NCBI RefSeq assembly: GCF_000143415.4
Contig: NW_003314398.1
Coordinates: 1-64,000, forward strand
Reading direction: 5' to 3'
DNA from: Selaginella moellendorffii
Taxonomy: Eukaryota > Plantae > Lycopodiophyta
Length of the DNA: 64,000 bases
The notes beneath the pieces are model-generated. The model made no database searches, was not told the origin of the DNA, and saw only the letters and a list, made by a program, of their open reading frames with translations. Positions within the stretch are counted from its first letter, which is position 1. Each line of letters begins with the position of its first letter. The position numbers and the translations under genes were made by a program. Positions 37,065 to 48,548 of this stretch are shown one piece after another.

Positions 37065-40000
37065 ATGTTTGATGCCTGGGACGCAATGCGCGAGGCGCGG
37101 GGCCAGGGAATGCTTGGCTCGAGCTCGATCGCAGCAGGCATCGCAACGGGGCGGAGGAGGAGGTGGAAGGGCAAGCGCTGGCGAGGAGGTGAATCTTGTC
37201 GAGCAGCAGCGTGGCTTGATCGCCGCGCTCCAGGAATGCAAGCAGTCTAGGGATCTCCAGCGAGGTCGCAGGCTGCCTCGAGAGCGGCGGCGGCGTTGTG
37301 CGTAGCATCTACGTCGCGACGACGCTGGTGGTTATGTATGCTCGATGCGGCAGCATGGAGGAAGCCCGGCAGGTTTTCGACGGGATGAAATCCAGGAATG
37401 TGGTGTCGTGGACGGCTTTGATCCTCGGCTATGTGGAGAATGGAAGAAGTGAGACTGGCTTGGAGCTGTTCGAAAGGATGGAGAGGGAAGGGTGTAGAGC
37501 CGATGCTCGGACTTTCGTGGCCGGGATCATGGCCTGTGGGAATCTGGCAGCCAAGGAAGGTGGTCAGGGGAATTCGTTAAGCGATGGAAGAGTTCTAGCA
37601 GGCAAAGAAGATGCTTCTTCTGGAAGAGTTCTAGCAGGCAGAGAAGAAGGTTCTCCTGGAAAAGTTCTAGCAGCCAGAGAAGATGGTTCTTCACGGGAAA
37701 AGTCTTGGCGGGATGAGAAAGATGTGAAGAAGAGGATCAAGTTACAAGCTCTGGAAAGAGGGAGAGAGATGCATCGACGAGCTGCCGAGGCTGGCTGCGA
37801 GATGAACTTGTTCGTGGCGAATACTCTGGTGGACATGTACTCGCGGTGTGGGAGCCTGGTCAATGCTCGAGCAGTGTTTGAGAGGATGCCGTGTCACAGC
37901 TTGGTCTCGTGGACGGCACTTATCCAGGGTTGTGTGGAGAATGGAGAAGAAGAGAGAGCGCTGGAGCTCTTTTCACGAATGCAAGAGTCGCGAGGAGGGT
38001 CTTTGCCGGATGCTCAAACGTTTGTGGCCGTTCTCGTGGCGTGTTCTGCTCTGGCAACGAAAGAGAAAGACATATCCACCAGCAGCAGCAGCAGCAAAGA
38101 GAGGAAAGCTTTTTTGAAAGAGAAGGCGCTGGAAACAGGACTGGTGCTTCATTCCGAGGCCGAGAAAGCTGGGGTCACCTCCAACATCTTTGTGGCAAAC
38201 AAGCTTGTGGATATGTACTCCAAGTGTGGTGCGAGAAGAGCTTTTGACAGGATGGCTTTCCACGACGTTGTGACTTGGACGTCTCTCATCCTGGGATATG
38301 TAGAAAGCGGAGAAGCAGCATTGGGACTGGAACTCTTTGATCTCTTGGTGACATCTCAGCAGATTTTTCGAGATCCTCGGTTCTTCGTGGCCTGTGCTAG
38401 TTTGGTGGAGACGAGCAAGGCTGACTGCCTGGAAAGACTGGCTTTTATTCACTCTCAAGCTGGGAAGAGCGGGTGTGACTCGGACATGTTCGTGGCCAGC
38501 ACTCTGGTGGATTTGTATGCCAAGTGTGGCAGCATTGGAAACGCTCGCGGGGTTTTCAATCGGATGCCTCAACGGGACGTGGTTTCCTGGACTTCTCTAG
38601 TTCTGGGATATGTGGAGCGAGGCCAGGGGGACATGGCTCTGATGCTTTTCTCGGTGAAGGTTGCGTTCCAGACGCTCGGACTTACGTCGCTGCCTTCATG
38701 GCTTGTGCGAGCCTGGCCGAGCATAAAGAAGTGTCACTAGATGGAAGAAAGGTCGAGGCTCTCCAGGAAGGAAAGCGTCTCCACTCGGAGGCTGTGAAGT
38801 GTGGCTTTCTCTCGGACAAGGTGGTGGCAAATTCCCTGGTAGACATGTACGCGCGCTGCGGAAGTATGGTGGAAGCTCGAAAAGTTTTCGACGAGATGCC
38901 GAGTCGAGACGTGGTTTCGTGGAATTCACTGCTGCTAGGATATGTTGTTAACGGGGAGAGTGAAGTGAGTTTGGAGCTGTTCGAGGAAATGCAACGCAAA
39001 GGCTGCGATCCGGACGCTCGGACTTTCGTTGCTGTTTTCAAGGCCTGCGGCAACCTGACATCCGAGAAGGAGGAGTCGAAGGCTGAGTGGCTCAAGCGAG
39101 GCAGTGCATTCCATCTTCAAGCTTCTCAGTGCGAGCTGGATTCTCACATCTTCGTGGCCAATAGTTTGATCGACATGTATGCCAAGTGTGGAAGCTTGGC
39201 CGACGCTCGAGCAGTCTTCGACCAAATGCCGCTCCACGACTTGGTATCCTGGAGCACTGCTCTCCGGCTACGCAGACAGTGGAGAGAGCGAGAAAGCTCT
39301 CGAAGTCTACAAGCTCATGCGCAAAGAGGAGAGCTCCTCGTGCCGGCCAGATGCTCGAACTTTCGTTGAACGTTTTGATGGCCGGATGTGCTTTGCACGG
39401 GGAGGAGGAGGCGAGTTTGGAGCTGTTCGAGCGGATGCTACTCCAGGGCTATGCAGCGAACTCTCGGAGCTTTGTCACGGCACTCAAGGCCTGCTCGAGT
39501 CTGGCAGAGAAGGAAGAAGCGATCAAGGGCTCACGGGATGGACAGTTTGTGAAGATTGTGGCTTTGGAGAAAGCTATGGCTATACACTCGCAGGCTGAGA
39601 GACTTGGCTTGGATGTTTACATGGCCAGCGCAGTGATCAGTCTATATGCAAGGTGTGGAAGCATCGTGAACGGGCTAAAGGTTTTCGACAGGATGCTGTG
39701 CCGTGATCTCGTGATGTGGAACACGATGATTCTCGGGTGTGCCGAGAACCATGACGCGGAGCTCTCTTTGGAACTGTTCGAGGCGATGAGCAAGCATAGC
39801 TGTGAAGCTCCGAATGCTCGAACTTTAGTTGCGGTGCTCAAGGCATGCGTATATCTGGCCGAGAAAGAAGAAGAAGCGCAGGAGATTTGTGGGAAGAAGA
39901 TTAGAGTCATGCTGCTCGAGAGAGGCATGGCTTTGCATGCTCGAGCCAAGGCAACCATGGAACTCAATGGCTTTCTAGCTTGCGCTCTCGTCGAGCTGTA

Positions 40001-41186
40001 CTCCAAAAGTGGGAGCTTGGTGGACAGTATGGCCGTGTTCGAAGCTATGGCGCATGATCCAGATGTTACGTTGTGGACTGCTTTGATCACCGGGTGTGCT
40101 GACAATGGGGAAGAAGATCTAGCTCTTGAGCTCTTCTCTCAGATGCAAAGTCATGGAGGTTGTGCACCGGACGCTCATAGTTTTGTAGCGGCAATAAGAG
40201 CTTGCGGGTCTAGCTTGGCAGCAGCGAAAGAATCCAGGGAGACGAAAGTGCTCGTGTGCGTGGAGAGAGGCATGGCTCTCCACTTCGAAGCTACGAAACA
40301 AGGATTTGTTTCGAACAAGTTCCTGGCCAGCGCTCTATTCGACATGTACGTGAGATGCTCGAGCATGGACGATGCTCGCAGGGTTTTTGCTGCGATCCAG
40401 CGTCCGGAGGTGGCAACTTGGAACACACTGCTTCTGGGATACGTAGAAAGTGGGCAAGGGGAGCTAGCTCTCGAGACTTACGAGCAAATCAAAGCTCGCG
40501 GTGGTCTGGAACCGAATGCTTCGACTCTTGGCCTCGCACTGAGGGCCTGTGGAGTGGCGAGAAGATTGGAAACTGGGAAGAGAGTCCATGGTGAGCTATG
40601 CAGGAGAGGCCTTGAAAGCGATGCTGTTCTAGCAACGTCGCTCATAGATTTCTACGCAAAGTTTGGCAGTCTAGACAACTCTCGCCAAGTCTTCGACTCG
40701 GTTTCTACAAGGGACGTGATCACCTGGAACGCATTGATAGCAGGATGGAGCAGCCAGGGGAGCTACACGAATTCTCTTGCATTGTTCTACGCCATGCAAG
40801 ACGAGGATCTAAGGCCCAGCAGTGTCACCTTCGTCTCGCTTCTCAACGCTTGCAGCCATGCCGGGATGGTTGAGAGGGCGAGGAAGATCTTTCGTGCAAT
40901 GGAGGAGTCGTCCAAGTTTGCCGTGACGCCTGGTATCGAGCACTATGGCTGCATGATCGATGTGCTTTGTCGAGCAAACCAGCTCGATGACGCAGTGGCT
41001 ATGGTGCGAGGCATGCCTGTGGAAGCCAATGCCGTGGCCTGGACGATCATTCTCAACGAGTGCTGGAAGCGGCAAAACTTGGTGGTGGGAGCGCTTGCAT
41101 TCGACGCACTACAGAGAATGGGTTTTACCACATCCTCGGCCTTCACCTTGATGACCAGAACTGAAGGAGCTGGACAAAGTTTATAA
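37065..41186 (+). pseudogene. Long intronless PLS-class PPR-E gene with inserted L motifs, broken by frameshifts (~37280, ~38650, ~39260); no DYW
   Basis: ORFs 37298-38740, 38524-39369 and 39186-41186 continue one PLS array; ends PGIEHYGCMIDVLCRANQL...MPVEANAVAWTIIL. Confidence 0.85.
37585..37692 (+). repeat. In-frame 36-bp x3 minisatellite
   Basis: TGGAAGAGTTCTAGCAGGCA.AGAAG... at 37585, 37621 and 37657 encodes GRVLAGKEDASS/GRVLAGREEGSP/GKVLAAREDGSS. Confidence 0.9.
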
Positions 41187-42741
41187 AGAGACTTCATCTA
41201 TATCAAACACGTACAAGCAAGCTAGCTGTTTAGCTGGCGAGCCGATCCACATCATCGTGCAGGCCCTGTTTGATAATCAAAGCTCGAGGTTTGCTTTGTA
41301 TCGTTCCAACAGGTACTACGAAGAAACTGTTACAAGTGGCATCACTTTTGCAAGCCATAGAGACTCTTTTCAGCAGGTACCTTGATTTCTTAGTATTGTG
41401 CTTGTTATTCGTCCTTAACTTCTTTATAAAGCGTAAAGGTGGTGATAGTTTTTCAAGCCCTAATTAAGAGCGCCACTATCTTTGCTCGAGTAGAAATCTT
41501 ATTTTGTAAGTTTTTTCTTGGCTTAAATTTCAATTTCTGGTCTTATAGACTCAGCAGCAAGCTGAAAGAAGAAAAGTCAAAGTGAAACACTGAGCATGAG
41601 AATTTCAGTCAATCTGTGATTTTTTATATATGTTTTGATCTTACAAGAAAAAACAATGCAAGCAAAGATTTGGAGATATACTCTTGTTATTCTCAATTGT
41701 CAAAAAAAAAAAAAAGTGGAGTGTGTGCCTGATCCAAATTTTAGGCCTTCAAACAAGCCCCCTCCGGAGCAAACGGCAATTATCCGTTTCATTCATTTCC
41801 TCCGGCAGCAAATAAAATAATATCAATACGGATGGGCTCGCTTGCTAGTACACGGAACCCAATACGAGTTGCGTATACCAAATCTGTTGATGACGCGGCG
41901 CCCGCCTTACGCAATCGATTGACGGTTTATTCACTCCTTAGATAGATGGACGAGTATTCCTCCCCTGAAAATATTTTAACCTTGATAAGAATGGCTACCA
42001 AAATTAGTGTGTTGATTCTTGTTCTTCCTTTCTAACGAATTCATTTTCTTTGAATCGAATTGGATCAAGGGATTTCTTTTTACTATGCTTGACACATATG
42101 TCATGATTAGAGCACGCTTTCTCTCCTATGCTCGATCGAGTTCAATGCGTGGGTTGATCCGGGCTGAGTCTTGCATCCTGAAAAACTCTGGTCATGGCGT
42201 CGATCGATGCTCAAACTAAAATCTGTTCGTTAATCGATGCAGCTCCTTATGCGGGATCTTAAGTCCTGGACGTCGATGATAGCCGCTTTTGCTTGCCAAT
42301 GGAGATTCTCGCCGATCCAAGCATGGTCGCCTAGAATGCAATGCTAGCTGCGTATATTAGGAATAAGATTGTGTTACAGTCCGAGATGGAGGAAATTTCT
42401 ACTGCCATGCCTGGATATTAAACCAGCAAAGTCATAGTGGAACACAGTAAGCTGGTCCCGCGGTATTGACTCTATCGCCATTATTTTGTCATTCGTTTTT
42501 ACCAGTCTCCAGTCTAAAAGTAAAGAAATAACATCAAGAAAAACTCAGAAAAATCATTTAGAAATCACAGTGTCTTTCTGAGTTCGTCTGAAATAAAATA
42601 CGCTCCTCTTAGTGTACATATTTAGAGTCAAGGCTTAAAACAACCAGCAACCACCGTTCCTCTGTCTCTGAAACCACAAGGAGTCCAGAAATAATTTATG
42701 CGCATACAAGGTTATTGGATTGAACTCCAAGATCCATGACT

Positions 42742-43152
42742 TCAATTCTCTTCTTTAGACAGCTTGCTTATGTCCGAGGCAGCTAAAGACGCCTCCCAAT
42801 TCTTTCCATCGAAGCACTTGACTTGGACGTCGCGCAGCGTGCCAGGATCCACACAATGCACAGTCACAGACACCCCGTCGGGAATGGAGCGCGGCTTATA
42901 GTAGGAGCAGATCCCACACACCTTGCAAAACAGATGCTTGGCCTGGTGCGTCCCAAACGTGTAGAGCGAGAGCCACTCCTCGGATCCGGGCTGAAGCCGA
43001 AACCTGGCCTCAGGAACAATGAAACTCGTGCTCCTTCGCATGGCACAATTGGAGCAATTGCACTCCAACACAACAACGCTGGCCGGGGCGTCCACCTCCC
43101 ACCGCACGCGACCGCAGTGGCAGCCGCCTTTGTGTGTCACAAGGCCCTCCAT
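42742..43152 (-). CDS. CENP-V / GFA (Mss4-like Zn-binding) family protein, copy 1
   Basis: GGCHCG, CNCSNC, HLFCKVCG and FDGKNWE; 136 aa, intronless. Confidence 0.9.
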   Translation of the reverse strand: MEGLVTHKGGCHCGRVRWEVDAPASVVVLECNCSNCAMRRSTSFIVPEARFRLQPGSEEWLSLYTFGTHQAKHLFCKVCGICSYYKPRSIPDGVSVTVHCVDPGTLRDVQVKCFDGKNWEASLAASDISKLSKEEN

Positions 43153-43679
43153 CGCTCTAGATCCACAAACACAAGCTCACTAGATCACTGAATTCTCTAT
43201 ACCCGAGGATAACGCTTTTACGGAATTTCCCAACTTTAAGCCATCACAATCACACCTGATTCTAATGCTTAATTGTGAAGGCTCCTCATATAAATCCTAC
43301 ATACCTTCACATTTTAACAACGCTTTGTGGTGCTTACTTGATTAAAGTGAGACCATTTGGAGGTCCCACTTAAAAAGCTGGTCCCGCAGTATTGACTCTA
43401 TTGCAATTGTTTTGTCATTCGTTCTTACCAGTTTCCAGTCGAAAAGTAAGGAAATAACATCAAGAAAAACTCAGAAAAATCATTTAAAAATCACAGTATC
43501 TTTCTGAGTTCATCTGAAATAAAACACGCTCCTCTTAGTGTACATATTCAGAGTCAAGGCTTAAAACAACCAGCAACCACCGGTCCTCTGTCTCTCAAAC
43601 CACAAGGAGTCCAGAAATAATTTATGCGCATACAAAGTTATTGGATTGAACTAATGGCTAATGTCCAAGATCCATGACT

Positions 43680-44087
43680 TCAATTCTCTCCTTTAGACAG
43701 CTTGCTTGTGTCCGAGGCAGCAAAAGACGCGTCATTCTTTCCGTCGAAGCACTTGACTTGGACGTCGCGCAGCGTGCCAGGATCCACACAATGCACAGTC
43801 ACAGCCACCACGTCCGGATTGATGCGCGGCTTAAAGTAGGAGCAAATCCCACACACCTTGCAAAACAGATGCTTGGCCTGGTGCGTCCCAAACGTGTAGA
43901 GCGAGAGCCACTCCTCGGAGCCGGGCTGAAGCCGAAACCTGGCCTCGGGAACAATGAAATGCGTGTTCCTTCGCATGGCACAATTGGAGCAATTGCACTC
44001 CCACACAACAACGCTGGCCGGGGCGTCCACCTCCCACCGCACGCGGCCGCAGTGGCAGCCGCCCTTGTGTGTCACAAGGCCCTCCAT
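43680..44087 (-). CDS. CENP-V / GFA family protein, copy 2
   Basis: Same motifs, 135 aa; part of a ~0.93-kb-period tandem duplication (42449-43214 vs 43375-44149). Confidence 0.88.
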   Translation of the reverse strand: MEGLVTHKGGCHCGRVRWEVDAPASVVVWECNCSNCAMRRNTHFIVPEARFRLQPGSEEWLSLYTFGTHQAKHLFCKVCGICSYFKPRINPDVVAVTVHCVDPGTLRDVQVKCFDGKNDASFAASDTSKLSKGEN

Positions 44088-44196
44088 CGCTCTAGATCCA
44101 TAAACACAAGCTCACTAGATCACTGAATTCCCTATACCTGAGGATAACGATGCCAAAATGAGAACAGTGTTTACCTATGGACTCTTTTTTTTATCT

Positions 44197-45354
44197 TTAG
44201 TATGATGACGCCGACCTCGATCGCGATGAGCAGTATGAGCTACGTCGGTACGATCGGCCTCGTCGAGGGCTCCGGTAGGGAGAGTAGCCAGGCGACGCTG
44301 AGCGTTCCCTTCTGCCACGAGAAGATGGCGAGTATCCCCTCCTTGAAGAATGCCTGTACTCGCTGCGTCTCCTTGAGTAGGCTGTGGAAATCAAACATGG
44401 AAGTCATCAAAGGGACGTAAGAAAAAAGGAAAAAAACAGAGGCTTGAGAAGCGAAGGAACTTACAGACTTCTCTCGCACTCCTCACACCGAGGTACTTGC
44501 CAGGAGTTGGAGTCCGGGCGCGTTTTCTTTTGGCCTGCAACATAGAAGCTCATCAATTGATCGAGCTGCTTGTTCAATCAGTTTGGCTAGCTGGTTGGTT
44601 GGTTCCGATGATTTGAGACACCAAAACAGCTCTGGACGAGGGAAATAAGACAAACATAAGAGCATTTCAGAAAGAAGGAAAAAAAAGAAGAAGAAGAAGA
44701 AGAGTGTCACATACACGAGGAAGAAAAAAACAGAAAAGAAAAGGAGAGAAATGTCATTACCACGAGCTCAAAAGATGAATTTTTTGTACCTTTTCCACGG
44801 TGATGGAGCGTCCATCCAAGTTGGAGCGATGGAGGTATTTGATGCACCTGTCGGCATCTTCAACTGTGTCCATCGTCACAAATCCGAAGCCTCGGGACTC
44901 TCTAGTAAGAGGATCAGTTACCAGGCAGCATTCTATAACCTGGTTGTTTCAATCGAAGGAGTGAATAGCCTGGAAAGAAGAAAAAAAAAAACAATAAGTA
45001 TAGGCTCACCTTGCCTTCCTTGGCAAAGTACTCTTCGAGCCATGACTCCGTCACTCTCGTCGAAAGCCCAGTCACATACAAGTTGTTACCAGGATTCGCA
45101 CTAACATCCCGGTCCCTGAGAAGAAGGAAAAAAAATCAAATCCAAGAGAGAAGAAAATCACAAAGAAAAGAGAATGCTATCGGCATTTTGCCAAAGAAAC
45201 ACACCTGACGGGGCTTCGTGAAAGAGATCGCGGCGACGAGCTGTATCTGAGAGACGAAGAAACGAGAGGAGATTCTTGCTTCAACAGAGAAGAAAAGAAG
45301 AGAAAGACACGCAAATTTCTTTACCTGTTGCGCTTCGGCGACCTGCCCTGAAAG

Positions 45355-45393
<39 letters not shown>

Positions 45394-45430
45394 TAGAAGC
45401 TCAAGGCGAGAGAAAGAACGCAAATACCAT
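44197..45430 (-). CDS. SR45a: SR45a/Tra2-like serine/arginine-rich splicing factor (multi-exon)
   Basis: Spliced reading M|GRSPKRNR|...NPGNNLYVTGLSTRVT...KEGK|...DPLTRESRGFGFVTM...ITVEK|AKRKRARTPTPGKYLG, then an RS tail. Confidence 0.88.
45360..45390. repeat. (GA)n microsatellite in SR45a intron 1
   Basis: About 15 GA units. Confidence 0.95.
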
Positions 45431-45653
45431 GCTCGCGAGGCCTAGAAACTCCCTCCAAGAAAAAAACCAAGACGGTGCCCTAGATTTTAAACAAGGGGTG
45501 AAAATGAACCTTTTTGCCAACCCTAACCCTAACCCTAACATCTGGGATTAGTCGTAATCAATTGGGATTAAGTTAATGTGTTCTTTTCCATAGAAGTGTT
45601 TCTTTTTCTTCATATTATAAACTTTCATAAACTTTATCGAATTCTTTTGTATC

Positions 45654-47418
45654 TCAATTTAAACTAAGAATGTCCGCCACCCTGTACTTCTCTGGGTCTA
45701 CTAGTGACTTGAACTTGCCGCGGCCATTGAATTGGGCCGAGCCTTGTAAGCTACCATACAACTTCCCAAAAATCCCGTCCACCAGCAGTAGACTGGGCTG
45801 GAAGGAGCTTACCTCAACATTTAGGAAACTAGGCCTTTCGTAGATTGGCCTGGAGATTTTGAAACTCAGACGAATGCGTTTGGCAACCTCCACTATCACC
45901 TGCAACCAAAAAACAGTTAAGCCTTCAACAATGAAGAACATAAAACCATCACCTCGTTTCTTGTCCGTGAGACCAAGAGATTGTTGGGAAAGTTCCAAGT
46001 TGTGGATTCCATAGGCATTTCCATCTGGTAAGGCAGAGATTTAGCGCCAGAGAACCATGCTTTCACCACAGTAATACCTTGTTAATAACAAGCGTTCCTT
46101 GATGCTTGGTGCCACCGTCACTGCTCCAGGAAGATAACCACACAGTCTGGTCTCGATAGACAAGCCCGAGTTCCCTGATATACTGCGGAAAAAAAAACGT
46201 AACTTCATGAAATAAATAAAAATAAATGAAACAGTACTCACAGTTGAGCTGCCTGTGGCAGTCATGATCCTCATGTTGAGCTGCAAGTCCCCGTCCCAAA
46301 TGAGACAATAGCTCTGGTCGGGAGTACCGCGAAAATCGAATGTTTCACCGTGAGGGCCACGGATATGGGGATCTCCTCGAACTCCCGGCGAAGGTCTCAA
46401 AGCAGCGTTGCACGGAGCACAGTCCTCCGAAGCAACGGTGCCGGAAACGTCGGCCGAACTGGCTCTGCAAACAGTGACGGCGGAGCCACCTTCGGCCATG
46501 ATGTTTGGACCCTCAAGGCTCCCGGTGTTTTCGATGAAGGACGCTCCGCACACGTTGATTGTGCTCTCGTGAGCAGTGGTGGCTCCTCCAAGCTGGAAGA
46601 GAGAATAGAGAGTGAGAACTTTGAGACAGCACTTACAAGCTTACCGAAGCCGAGTTGTTCTCGTAAGTATTGTCCGCGAGGAATCCTGTCGAAGCGGCCA
46701 AGAACTCTAAGCCTCCGCCACTGAGACTGGCGATGTTGTGACGAAAGGCCGAGCTTCTTATGTCCGCCTTGCTATTCTCAGAGACTCCAACAGCACCGCC
46801 AAAGCCAGCGTTGTTTTTCACGAACAGAGACTTGTAGATGTCGGCCGCACTCCCGTTTCTAACGCCAATAGCACCTCCGGTGGAAAACTGTGAAACCAGC
46901 AAATACTCGTTAGTTGAGAAAGCTGGATGGCAAATATGTAACTCTTACCATGGCAACTTCATTGTTAATAAAAGCGGCACTATTGACTTCGAGAGTTCCC
47001 CCGTCGGAGACGAGAATGGCACCACCGTCGTCGTTACCGGATTTACCATTCCGGAGCTCCAAGTTGTAGAGCGAGAGCCTTCCGCCCTCGCCTGAGACAG
47101 CAAGGTGACGAGACTTGCGCTGGGCATCGATGTAGCAGCTCGCGTCTTTGCATGACTTTGCATGGCCAGTGAGCGTGACGCACTTCGTGATGGTCGGCAG
47201 CTCTTTGGTGATGGTAATGGAGTGGCCCACGACGATCCGGCTGCTGGAGCGCAGAGCTTCGATCAGCTCTTGCTCGCTTTTCACGAGTCCTAAGTTGAAA
47301 GTACATTGATCAAAAGAAACGCAGAAAAAGAACTGTGAAGTTTTGCTTTACCCGAGACAAAAGTTGTAGACGTAGCGAGCAAGAGAGCGCACATCACGGC
47401 AGCAAATCGCAGCTCCAT
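45654..47418 (-). CDS. Secreted protein: signal peptide + polymorphic-membrane-protein-like beta-helix repeats + GDPH/root-cap-like C-terminal domain (multi-exon)
   Basis: MELRFAAVMCALLLATSTTFVSG; alternating GGA(I/V) and FxxN motifs; GDPHIRGPHGETFDFRG...YCLIWDGDLQLN; GT-AG introns link the ORF pieces. Confidence 0.8.
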
Positions 47419-47713
47419 AGCTCCCAAAGTCGTAATGCTGCTTGTTCTCTCCAATAGGAGAAGTTCTTACATGAACTATAGATCGACCGAGGCGTGACTT
47501 TTCACGAGGAACCACACTCTGGATGAGTGTTTCAGGTAGCCACAATTATGCTATACCGGCAAGGTGGAATTCCGAAGGCTAGCCACGAGTTCCAACCAAT
47601 AGGCTTAAGCTCCCAAGTTTTGGTGCTACAAGCTCTTTTAAGTTGACAAGTTATTCATTCCTGCTGTTACTTATTCTGGAATCAAATGCTTTTGTCAGTT
47701 CTTCTTCCAAATA

Positions 47714-48439
47714 CTACCTGGAACGTAGCTTTCGCCCATGCTGGCACCTGATATCCTGACCGAATGTGTTGTTCTGAGGAGGAAAGTAAGTTCCGGGCCC
47801 CGGAAGCCCGCTATCCGGTCCTCGGTGCCACTTCCCTGTCATTGTGAAGGCCGGACCGCTCCTTCCAGCAATATGTTTGCCTCTGTCCGGGTTATACTGC
47901 GCAGGGCCTGGAGTGTTGTAAAAGTCGCCATAGACCGTCCGAGGTCCCGGGTTACACGTCCTCGATGGAGGAAACCTGTTGGCCATTGTAAACGAGGGAC
48001 TCTGCGGCCTTGCCGAGTAGAAGTAAGTGCCTGGACCCGGAGCATCCGTGTCGTGCTTGGTGGTCCGCTTGGACGCCACAGTGAAGGCCGGCCCGCTGTT
48101 CTTGTTTGGAAGGGAGTAAGTGCCAGGCCCCGGTGTCACCTCGCTCAGGAGAAAACGTCTAGGAGTCCAGTTGCCTCGAGGAGATGGATGTCGCGAGCGT
48201 TCCAGCATCCACATCTTCTCCAGGTCCAGGTTTGGAGTCCCCTTCGCGCTCAGGCTGAAAGCCGGTCCCGTTGGCCCGAGCCTTGGATGGTACATGCCTG
48301 GTCCCAGCCTCCAATCTTCATTGGGAGGTGGTCGACGCTTTGCAGCGAGGGTGAAGGCCGGAGGAGAACGGACAACCGGTTTTATACTGGGATTGTAAGC
48401 AGCTGGTCCAGGAGACCTGTCTTCCACCTTGTAGGACAT
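47714..48439 (-). CDS. STPG/SHIPPO-repeat (ODF3-like) flagellar protein
   Basis: About seven (S/T/A)PGP.xY repeats with P.FT/S spacers; 241 aa intronless ORF. Confidence 0.82.
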   Translation of the reverse strand: MSYKVEDRSPGPAAYNPSIKPVVRSPPAFTLAAKRRPPPNEDWRLGPGMYHPRLGPTGPAFSLSAKGTPNLDLEKMWMLERSRHPSPRGNWTPRRFLLSEVTPGPGTYSLPNKNSGPAFTVASKRTTKHDTDAPGPGTYFYSARPQSPSFTMANRFPPSRTCNPGPRTVYGDFYNTPGPAQYNPDRGKHIAGRSGPAFTMTGKWHRGPDSGLPGPGTYFPPQNNTFGQDIRCQHGRKLRSR

Positions 48440-48548
48440 TTGGATGCAGTGCTGCTCCTTCTAGTTCGGCGGCTTCTGCAGAACACATAACTTGGTAAGG
48501 AAAAGTTCTTGACAGTTATAAGACAGTTGCCAACTTCACCTGAATCGT

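Noticed and set aside
41860-42420. Faint PPR remnant (RDLKSWTSMIAAFA)
   Set aside because: Too short and decayed to delimit
45519-45539. (AACCCT)3 as an interstitial telomere
   Set aside because: Too short; more likely a telo-box-like promoter element of SR45a
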